64,000 nucleotides of DNA from Candidatus Thorarchaeota archaeon. GTDB lineage: Archaea; Asgardarchaeota; Thorarchaeia; Thorarchaeales; Thorarchaeaceae. This document shows positions 56,721 to 64,000 of the stretch, piece by piece. Where the stretch lies: NCBI GenBank assembly GCA_029855935.1, contig JAGSHN010000025.1, positions 32,001-96,000 of the forward strand, read 5' to 3'. The notes beneath the pieces are model-generated. The model saw nothing but the letters and a program-made list of their open reading frames with translations, made no database searches and had not been told where the DNA came from. Made by a program: the position numbers and the translations under genes. The first letter of the stretch is position 1. Every line of letters starts with the position of its first letter.

Positions 56721-57689
56721 GTGGAGATCGGGATTGGCGACGCAGACCAGCTGGAGGGCGGGGACAACAACTCCTCGTCCTCCTTTATCTCACTCCTGGG
56801 CGAACTCATCAAGAGCAAGCAGACAGCCCTCCTGGTCTACACCACAGTGTTCACGTACCTCTTTAGCAGCTGGAATATGGGCATTGACTTCGGCTTTGCC
56901 CTGCTCCTCATTGCCAGCCTTGTACTGGCGGTCTCGGGTTCCACTCTGCTGAATATGTACATCGACAGGGACATCGACGCGGTGATGATTCGGACCAAGA
57001 ACCGGCCTATACCGAGTGGCAAGGTCTCTCCAACGTCGGTGGTGGTGAACGGCGCTGTGATGGTCGGGCTGGGCCTAGTCCTCAGCTGGTTATTCATCAA
57101 CCCCGTGACAACCGCTGTCATTGCAGCTGGATTCGTACTTGATGTTGTGGTCTACTCGGTGTGGCTAAAGCGCAAGACCCCAACATCGATCCTCTTTGGC
57201 GGCATTGCAGGGGGGATGCCTGCTCTTGCTGGCCGGACGGCTGTTGTCGGTCAGGTTGACCTAGTCGGCGTGCTTCTCGCGCTCTTCGTGATAGCGTGGA
57301 TACCACTGCACATCCTCACTCTGGCGATGCTGCCAGAGAACCTTGAGGGCTACCGCCGCGCAGGAGTCCCAATGTGGCCAGTCGTCAGGGGAACGGGTGA
57401 GACGATGATCATCGTGACTCTCTCGGCCATTCTCAGTGCTGTCGTCGTAGTGATGACCGGAGTTGTTCTGAACCTTCACTGGTTGGCTCTGCTCCCGCTG
57501 CTCCTGTTGAGCGCAGCCATAGTCATTAGGGCGGCCGAGAACCTGCGCGCCCCCGACCAAGACAAGACCTTCTGGATCTTCAAGGCGGCATCGGGGTACA
57601 TGGCCTTCGCCTTTCTCTGGCTCTTTATCGGCGTTGTCTTGACACAGGCCATCGGAGACGGCTCCTTGGTACTACAACTACCATTCTAA
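56721..57689 (+). CDS. cyoE: Heme O synthase (protoheme IX prenyltransferase, CyoE/CtaB)
   Basis: NMYIDRDIDAVMIRTKNRPIPSG, YSVWLKRKT, GGIAGGMP.L.G, WIPLH, YRRAGVPM.P. Confidence 0.93.
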   Translation: MEIGIGDADQLEGGDNNSSSSFISLLGELIKSKQTALLVYTTVFTYLFSSWNMGIDFGFALLLIASLVLAVSGSTLLNMYIDRDIDAVMIRTKNRPIPSGKVSPTSVVVNGAVMVGLGLVLSWLFINPVTTAVIAAGFVLDVVVYSVWLKRKTPTSILFGGIAGGMPALAGRTAVVGQVDLVGVLLALFVIAWIPLHILTLAMLPENLEGYRRAGVPMWPVVRGTGETMIIVTLSAILSAVVVVMTGVVLNLHWLALLPLLLLSAAIVIRAAENLRAPDQDKTFWIFKAASGYMAFAFLWLFIGVVLTQAIGDGSLVLQLPF

Positions 57690-57756
57690 TGCCCCGGGCA
57701 CAGGCAGAGGACTCCGCTCCCGCAGACAGTCCTGTCTGGCCATATCAACGATTGGC

Positions 57757-57793
57757 GGAGAAAAAGATAGAGTGGGGCGGTTCTTGACCGCCC
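57757..57793 (-). terminator. Hairpin plus U5 terminator after mat
   Basis: On the minus strand: GGGCGGT/ACCGCCC stem, then CACTCTATCTTTTTCTCC. Confidence 0.55.
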
Positions 57794-57806
57794 AGAGATC
57801 GGTTGC

Positions 57807-59015
57807 TCACCATAGCTGGTACTCGCGCTTGACGAAGCCCTTCCAGACATGTGGAAGCGTCTCGACGACCTCGGCGGCGATGCTCTCAATTGAGCTTCGT
57901 ACGGCATTGAGGTCCACGTTTCCGAAGACCTCGATATTCAGCGCCTTCGGTTCGGTGATTGGAGCCCCAATCTGACTGACGATATAGCAGTAGACCTGCT
58001 CGATGTCCGGATACTCCTTTGTGATCCTTGTGACTATCTCGCGGGCCGCGACATTGTAGGTCTTTCCGACGTGGGAGACCGGATTCTTCCCAGCCGCAGC
58101 CTCAAGCGTCATCGGCCTGTATGGAGTGATGAGACCATTGGCCCTGTTGCCGCGTCCGACCTGGCCATCATCTCCGTGCTCGGCAGAGGTGCCAGTGACA
58201 GTCAGATAGAACAGGCCCTGCTCTGGGTCGTCGGCCGTGTTGACATCCACCTCGACGGGAATGTCCGTCTTCTTTGCAGCAAGATCAAGCAGCATGTTCC
58301 TGATGGCGTCCATCACGTTGGCGTACTCGTCAGCGTCGCGGGTCTCGGTGGAGATTATGGCGGTTGCAACCTGCAGATGTATATGGTCCCCAACACGGGT
58401 GCCCATCACCTTGATGTCCTCACCAATCTGGGGCCACTTTCTCTTTGTCGCGGGGTCGTTGAGCAGCTGTTCTGACTCAAGTACAATCTGTTCCGTCGGT
58501 GACAGAGGGGCGTATGCAACGCCGAAGCTGGTGTCGTTCGCGCGCGGTACTTCGACCTCGGCATCGAAATTGCCCACAAGGTCCGTGCTGCCAGCTCGAA
58601 TCTTGTAGTCGATGATGATGTCTGAGTTGACATCAAGATGCGGTAGGTCCTCGCTGAGCCACTCTCTCGTGTGCTCGACCGCGAACTTTCCAACGGGCAC
58701 CTGTCGGCTGTAGTCCTTGCCGACAACGTCGACGGCACGTCCGCTGAGGAGCAGGTAGATGGGCTCGATGACATCACCGCCACCGAACCGAGCATTCGAC
58801 TGACCACCGACGAGGAGCACCTTGTCAACATTATGGTGCTGGACTCGTCCAAAGGTCTCAAGATAGTATTCGCTGAGTCGGACTGACAGCTCCTCCGCTG
58901 CTTTGTCGCAGAGAGTGTCGGGGTGGCCCTTCCCCTTGCGTTCTACGATCTCGACCTTTCTCTTGGCCACAGGGAGGCCGTCTCCTCGTGTGACTTCAAT
59001 CTTCATTTTCATCAA
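57807..59015 (-). CDS. mat: Archaeal S-adenosylmethionine synthetase
   Basis: [52 protein letters not shown]. Confidence 0.96.
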   Translation of the reverse strand: MMKMKIEVTRGDGLPVAKRKVEIVERKGKGHPDTLCDKAAEELSVRLSEYYLETFGRVQHHNVDKVLLVGGQSNARFGGGDVIEPIYLLLSGRAVDVVGKDYSRQVPVGKFAVEHTREWLSEDLPHLDVNSDIIIDYKIRAGSTDLVGNFDAEVEVPRANDTSFGVAYAPLSPTEQIVLESEQLLNDPATKRKWPQIGEDIKVMGTRVGDHIHLQVATAIISTETRDADEYANVMDAIRNMLLDLAAKKTDIPVEVDVNTADDPEQGLFYLTVTGTSAEHGDDGQVGRGNRANGLITPYRPMTLEAAAGKNPVSHVGKTYNVAAREIVTRITKEYPDIEQVYCYIVSQIGAPITEPKALNIEVFGNVDLNAVRSSIESIAAEVVETLPHVWKGFVKREYQLW

Positions 59016-59062
59016 CTCTAGTGCCGCGGCTGTGCGCAGCGCTTATATACCTTTCTCCCCCC

Positions 59063-59092
59063 ATTACTCTCAGTAATTAATAACGGCGTTAC
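59063..59092. promoter_or_regulatory. Twin palindromes between divergent mat and the HTH-CBS regulator
   Basis: ATTACT-CTC-AGTAAT (59063-59077) and ATAAC-GGC-GTTAC (59080-59092). Confidence 0.6.
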
Positions 59093-59134
59093 AAATACCC
59101 ACCAGTAAGAAACGTCAGAGAAAGGTGACGCGGC

Positions 59135-59674
59135 ATGAGGGTGCTCCCAGAGACCATTACACGAATGCGGAAACGAAGAGGAATGACTCAGGCCGAGCTG
59201 GCACGGGCCGTAGGAGTGTCGCAGGCATACATTGCCAGGCTTGAGAACGGCACACTTGATCCCAAGCTGTCCGTCGTCAATAGAATACTCGACGTCCTTG
59301 AGGGATCAACACTGACGTGTGCCGACGTGATGAGCACCAACCTCGTTGTTGCCGATGCTCGCGACTCCGCACTGGAGGTCGTCCGCGACATGCTGAGGAA
59401 TGGGTTCTCTCAGATCCCGGTATTGCGCGCGGGAAAGATTGTGGGGATGGTCACCGAGAGGGACGTGGTGCGGAACATAACACGTGACCTCGAGCAGATG
59501 TCGGTGCAGGCAATAATGGAGACGGTGAGCCCTCCGCTGGTCGACGAGCGGACAAAGATAGAGGAGGTCATCGCGCTGCTAGACACCTTTCAGGCAGTGC
59601 TCGTCCATCGCGGTGGCAGACTCGTTGGCATAGTTGCAAGGTCAGACATAATGCGAGCGCTGGCGCTGGACTGA
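59135..59674 (+). CDS. XRE-HTH transcriptional regulator with C-terminal CBS pair (COG3620-like)
   Basis: MTQAELARAVGVSQAYIARLENG..DP HTH; FSQIPV and LVGIVARSD CBS motifs. Confidence 0.92.
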   Translation: MRVLPETITRMRKRRGMTQAELARAVGVSQAYIARLENGTLDPKLSVVNRILDVLEGSTLTCADVMSTNLVVADARDSALEVVRDMLRNGFSQIPVLRAGKIVGMVTERDVVRNITRDLEQMSVQAIMETVSPPLVDERTKIEEVIALLDTFQAVLVHRGGRLVGIVARSDIMRALALD

Positions 59675-59696
59675 CGTGAAGACGACCGGGGCCTCA

Positions 59697-60356
59697 TCAA
59701 GATGAGAATACCTTGCGCGAGAACAGGTTGACGTCAATGCCGACCTTGCCCGCAAAGAGATCACGCAACAGTTCGAGGTGTTCGTCAATCTCTTTCAGAA
59801 GGCGCTCCAGTGAGTGCGGGGAGATATTCGGCTCTGCTGTCCAGACAGTGAGGTAGTTGCTGACGACGCCTATGTCGACACCGCCCTCCTCAAGGTCCTT
59901 GAAGATGGTTATCTTGACAAGGAACTCGGACTCGTACATATTGAGGACCTCGTTGGCACTCATCACTATCAGGTCCAGATAGCCAACTATGTCCTCCAGG
60001 ACTTGGACATCGCCGACATTTCCACGGAGGCTCTCGACAAAGGTCTGAATCCGGCTGACCCGCTGTCGGAGACCCTCGAACATCTTCATCAGCTTGGTAA
60101 ACTCCTTGATTGAGGACTCCAGTGCGGGGACAAGCCTATCGTACAGAGTGACGAGGAGCTTCCCCCGTGTGTTATCGCGGATGTCCTGGAATCCCTCTAG
60201 TTTCCCCAGGGGTCCATCAAGGTGTTCAATCTGAACCAGTGTGTTGGTGACGGCCTGAATAGACTTGACTGAACTGCGCTGAATCTTGGCCCATCTCTCA
60301 ATGAAAGTATCAATGCCCTCTCGTAGGTCCTCAAGCTCGTCCAGCGGGTCGTCCAC
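59697..60356 (-). CDS. Helical protein resembling the CINP/C1orf109 family
   Basis: RWAKIQ, NMYESEFLVKITIFKDL and YLTVWTAEPNI motifs; amphipathic helices. Confidence 0.6.
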   Translation of the reverse strand: MDDPLDELEDLREGIDTFIERWAKIQRSSVKSIQAVTNTLVQIEHLDGPLGKLEGFQDIRDNTRGKLLVTLYDRLVPALESSIKEFTKLMKMFEGLRQRVSRIQTFVESLRGNVGDVQVLEDIVGYLDLIVMSANEVLNMYESEFLVKITIFKDLEEGGVDIGVVSNYLTVWTAEPNISPHSLERLLKEIDEHLELLRDLFAGKVGIDVNLFSRKVFSS

Positions 60357-60450
60357 AGCTCATTCTCCAAGACCTTCTGTCAACTCTCCACATATAACTT
60401 ATTCTGCGGTGGCAGCAGATATTAACGCTCTTAACGGCGTCAGAGGCCAT

Positions 60451-62055
60451 CTACAGGCCCTGTTGCAACGCCCTACGGCGGTTCTCAAGCTCCTCAATCT
60501 CGGCCTCTATCTCCCGGACCTGATCTTGAAATATCGAGTCCTCAATCTTTCCGTCCTCGTAGAGCCTCTTGAAGTGGTCGAGCTTGGCCCTAAGAACCGA
60601 CTCTCGCACCTCAAGCTCCCTCAACCGTGCCCGCTTCTCAGACACGAGCTGCCTCAGCTCGTCCTCAAGCCTGAATATCTCCTCCTCAAGCTCGGCCTTC
60701 AATCTGGAGTAGAGAGAGGAGTCAACCTTTCCCTCAGTGTAGAGGTCTACGAGATGGAGGAGCGCCTTTCTCGTTGCATCTCGTCGAGCCATTATCTCCT
60801 GTGCGAAGTCGTGGGACTCTACAAGACCGAGCCGCGTAGCAAGGTGTGGGGTCGTCAGACCCTGCAGAAGCAGACTTGTCATCAGAACGAGAAAGACAAT
60901 GGCATTCAGATCCCGGCCCGACTGCTCAAAGCCGGTGATCTCGTAGCTCGTTATCGCAGCCACGACGATTGCTGCCAACGCTGCACTTGCAACCCCCTTG
61001 ACCCCTGCCCAGCTGACAAAGAACCTGTCCCGCCACGACATACTTCTGTCGTGGGCTGTGACAAGGAACACAGCCACCGGGCGGGCGACGAGGATGACCA
61101 GTACCGATGTCATCAGGCCAAGGGCCACAATGGCAGGACTGTTCATCAGATACTGCAGGTCCACAGTGGCGCCAAGGAGTATGAAGACCACTATCTCGAA
61201 AGCGAAGGAGACGTTCTTCATAGCGCCGCGCATCGACTTCTGCGGGAGGGGCTCCATACCCATCCGCCGGGCATTAGCCATAAAGATCCCTGCGAAGACC
61301 GACGCGAGTGCACCAGGATGAATGCCGAGCTGAGCAAAGATCTCTCCGAGACCGTAGGCAAGGATTGGTGTCGTGGCTGTCAGGATGGAGATGGTCGTGT
61401 CCTCAGCCGTACGGATGATGATTCGACCGATGACGTGAGCAATGGCAAATCCAGTCACGACACCAATTATCATGCTCAGAAGGAACTCCTCGATGATGAC
61501 GTACCAGGCCACCGAGAGAGCGGGAATCACGAGCGGCATAAAGACAGTGATGACAAGGACCACAGACGTCGCGTCATTGAATACTGCTTCGCCCTCAAGA
61601 ATAGAGAACAGGCGGCGCTTGACACGTACACCACCAGACTCCAGAACAGAGAACAGCGCAGCAGGGTCGGTGGGCGACAAGATCGCGCCGATGACAAAGG
61701 CCATCAGGCCCATTGCCGAGAACAGCCCAATGGTGATGCCGGCGACTATCGACGTGATGACGACACCCAGAGTTGCCAGGAGCATGACATTAGTCAGCGA
61801 GAACCGCAGCTCTCGGATATTCATCGTCAGCCCAGCATAGAACAGTACAGCCGCAAGTGTCAGCTGCGCAACAACATCCAAGCCCACAACCTCGCCGTAG
61901 ACCGATCCGAGCGGCATCACCTGACCAATGATGACGCCAGCGAGGATGAGCGGGATTGGGTACGGGAACCGATATCTCTCCGCGAATTTTGCTATCACCA
62001 CGCCCCCAATCAGGACGGGCGCAATCACGTAGAGGTCGACGGCCACACCATCCAC
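60451..62055 (-). CDS. CPA1 Na+/H+ antiporter with C-terminal coiled/SHOCT-like tail
   Basis: LFYAGL, LSPTDPAA, LEGEAVFND, ARPVAV, WAGVKG, LQGLT. Confidence 0.92.
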   Translation of the reverse strand: MDGVAVDLYVIAPVLIGGVVIAKFAERYRFPYPIPLILAGVIIGQVMPLGSVYGEVVGLDVVAQLTLAAVLFYAGLTMNIRELRFSLTNVMLLATLGVVITSIVAGITIGLFSAMGLMAFVIGAILSPTDPAALFSVLESGGVRVKRRLFSILEGEAVFNDATSVVLVITVFMPLVIPALSVAWYVIIEEFLLSMIIGVVTGFAIAHVIGRIIIRTAEDTTISILTATTPILAYGLGEIFAQLGIHPGALASVFAGIFMANARRMGMEPLPQKSMRGAMKNVSFAFEIVVFILLGATVDLQYLMNSPAIVALGLMTSVLVILVARPVAVFLVTAHDRSMSWRDRFFVSWAGVKGVASAALAAIVVAAITSYEITGFEQSGRDLNAIVFLVLMTSLLLQGLTTPHLATRLGLVESHDFAQEIMARRDATRKALLHLVDLYTEGKVDSSLYSRLKAELEEEIFRLEDELRQLVSEKRARLRELEVRESVLRAKLDHFKRLYEDGKIEDSIFQDQVREIEAEIEELENRRRALQQGL

Positions 62056-62056
62056 C

Positions 62057-62677
62057 TCAGTAGTCGATCAGGACCTCAGCAATCTCCTTCAGTGAGTCGG
62101 AGATGTGCTCCATCTCACTCACGATCTTTCTCATTATGTAGCAGACGAAGGTGGAGTCACCGCCCGTGGCCACTGAGACCTGTCGACAGATGACAATATT
62201 GTCCTCGTCTATCTCACGCTCCAGACGCATCACCGCCTGGTACGACTCGGTGGCCGACTCTGGGTCCTCTACAGTCGAGGCGAGTGCAGTTCCGAGGGCC
62301 TTGAACTGAGAGTTGACCTTTGATGCGATGGCCGACAGGGAGTCCATATACACCTCTTGGAACGAACCGCCCCGAATCATGTCTATCATCACAACAACCA
62401 GAGAGAACGAGTACTCGATACGCAGCAGATGACTGATGACAGAGAGGACCAGCACTCCTGTCTCGTCCTGAGGTAGCCTGTCACTGAACGCGTAGCGAGA
62501 TACAAGGTCCTTGAGGCGGTCAAGAATCCTCTCGCGTTTGTCCGACCACTCTGGATCCTCGACTCCGCACTCACGGCAGAGCTTTGCACTGACCACCTCA
62601 CTAATGTCACTGAGCTGTGAAACTATGTCTGACAGGTAGGAGAGAATCTCCGTTCGTGCAAGGTCCCGGGTTGTCAC
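62057..62677 (-). CDS. PhoU/DUF47-like helical protein
   Basis: RLEREIDE and EMEHISD motifs; coupled to the antiporter gene. Confidence 0.6.
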   Translation of the reverse strand: MTTRDLARTEILSYLSDIVSQLSDISEVVSAKLCRECGVEDPEWSDKRERILDRLKDLVSRYAFSDRLPQDETGVLVLSVISHLLRIEYSFSLVVVMIDMIRGGSFQEVYMDSLSAIASKVNSQFKALGTALASTVEDPESATESYQAVMRLEREIDEDNIVICRQVSVATGGDSTFVCYIMRKIVSEMEHISDSLKEIAEVLIDY

Positions 62678-62931
62678 TCCTCTGTCACCTCCTCACGCGG
62701 CCGCGACCACGAGAGATCTATTCGTAGGTGGATGAATTGCCTCCTGAAGCTGACCTCGATGCCCGTCTCAACGGGCTCTCCCAGGGGGAGCGCGATGGTA
62801 CCTTCTTTCATGCTCGGCATCGGCAGTTCGAGAACGTCACCGTTCCGGAGTTGCTCTGCGATTGCCGCGAAGAGTTCGCTCAGGCTGAGGAGGGTCTTCT
62901 CCTCTTCAAACTCATAGTCGTCGATTCGCAT
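62674..62931 (-). CDS. Amphi-Trp domain protein
   Basis: FEEE.......ELFAAIAEQLRNG...LRIDLSW; 85 aa. Confidence 0.7.
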   Translation of the reverse strand: MRIDDYEFEEEKTLLSLSELFAAIAEQLRNGDVLELPMPSMKEGTIALPLGEPVETGIEVSFRRQFIHLRIDLSWSRPREEVTEE

Positions 62932-63199
62932 CTGCTACACCTCTGGGAGCTAAGACTCCTACATAGGACTCTCTGGACCCTTTTATGCGTGACTGCGGCG
63001 ATACCTGAGCCTGTCCCACCATACGATTGGGTCGAGCGGCGACCGAGAGAGACGAGGTCATCGACCCGGTCTTGGATGTCTGTTGGCACTTCACCAAGAT
63101 CTCCCGCGCTGATTTGACCACCATCCTTAATTGTGATACCACGGGGAGCAGACAAGACTCCTCACGTGCATCGTGAATCGCCAAGGAGTTGATACCGAG

Positions 63200-64000
63200 A
63201 TGAATGAAGAAGATGAGATGGTTGTGACCCCCTGGGAGGTCAGGGGAAGGATTGACTATGACCGACTCATCAAGGAGTTCGGCACTCAGCACATCACAGA
63301 GGAGCTGAGAGCAAGAATCCGGGCTATTACTGGTGAGGACCACTTCTTGCTCAGGAGAGAGCTGGTCTATTCGCACAGAGATCTCGACTGGATACTGGAC
63401 AAGTACGAGAGCGGCGAGAAGTTCGTCCTGTACACTGGGAGAGGCCCCAGCGGTCACACGCATCTGGGCCATCTTGTACCTTGGCGATTCACAAAGTGGC
63501 TTCAGGACCACTTTGAAACACGGTTGTACTTTCAGATGACGAATGATGAGAAATTCCTGTTCAACCAAGACATATCGATAGAAGATGTTCACAGATACAC
63601 GTACGATAACACGCTAGACCTCCTCGCACTGGGCTTCGAGCCGGAGAACACCTACATCATTGACGACATCAGGCACATCGACCTGATGTATGAGATAGGC
63701 ATCCGTGTGGCCAAGAAGGTCACATTCTCCACTGCGCGTGCCGTGTACGGTTTTGACAACAGTATGAACATCGGCGCCATCTGGTACACCGCTCTTCAGG
63801 CGGTCCCAGCATTCCTCCACTCCGAGATCTATGGGGTCAAGACCCCGTGCCTGATCCCGTGTGCCATCGACCAAGATCCGTACTGGCGAGTGGCCAGGGA
63901 CGTTGCAGAGAGGCTTGGATATTACAAGCCCGCCTCCATCCAGAACAAGTTCGTACCAGGGCTGGCGGAGGGCGGCAAGATGTCGGCCTCGGACCCCGAC
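63200..64000 (+). CDS. trpS: Tryptophan--tRNA ligase (runs off window end)
   Basis: Hand-translated; missing from the ORF track. VVTPWEV, YTGRGPSG, HLGH, QMTNDEK, IDQDPYWR, KMSAS. Confidence 0.96.
   Translation, partial: MNEEDEMVVTPWEVRGRIDYDRLIKEFGTQHITEELRARIRAITGEDHFLLRRELVYSHRDLDWILDKYESGEKFVLYTGRGPSGHTHLGHLVPWRFTKWLQDHFETRLYFQMTNDEKFLFNQDISIEDVHRYTYDNTLDLLALGFEPENTYIIDDIRHIDLMYEIGIRVAKKVTFSTARAVYGFDNSMNIGAIWYTALQAVPAFLHSEIYGVKTPCLIPCAIDQDPYWRVARDVAERLGYYKPASIQNKFVPGLAEGGKMSASDPD

Noticed and set aside
60286-62193. 635-aa plus-strand ORF
   Set aside because: Antisense shadow of the CPA1 antiporter gene; no motifs and a composition typical of GC-rich shadow frames.
62912-63874. Minus-strand and alternative-frame ORFs near the window end
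   Set aside because: Shadows of the truncated plus-strand trpS.

Overview
A gene-dense, GC-rich archaeal chromosome segment. The gene content points to an Asgard archaeon, probably Thorarchaeia (inference): a one-domain gelsolin fused to an extra domain, a roadblock/LC7 protein, a SNAP/TPR-Ig protein, archaeal Mat, Topo VI and a thermosome. Housekeeping genes include top6B/top6A, cdc48, hsp20, thiBPQ with a ThiR-type regulator, hisS, rpo6, ths, AK6, mat and trpS (partial). I saw no rRNA, tRNA, CRISPR array or transposase. The most notable observations are: (1) a 52-57.7 kb module in which heme O synthase follows a 12-TM protein with a heme-copper-oxidase-like His layout but no CuB site, alongside a degenerate prenyltransferase, two membrane proteins and a Cys-bearing HxlR regulator with repeated candidate operators; (2) a helical protein at 59.7-60.4 kb resembling the eukaryotic AFG2/SPATA5 adaptors CINP/C1orf109; (3) a cluster of AN1-finger/S2P protease, Hsp20, Cdc48 and a degenerate GH38 that resembles proto-ERAD; (4) a Top6A with a broken DxD motif, an HhH-Rpo6 fusion, twin 55-aa microproteins and several structured intergenic elements. 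All family assignments come from motif recognition by eye, not database searches.
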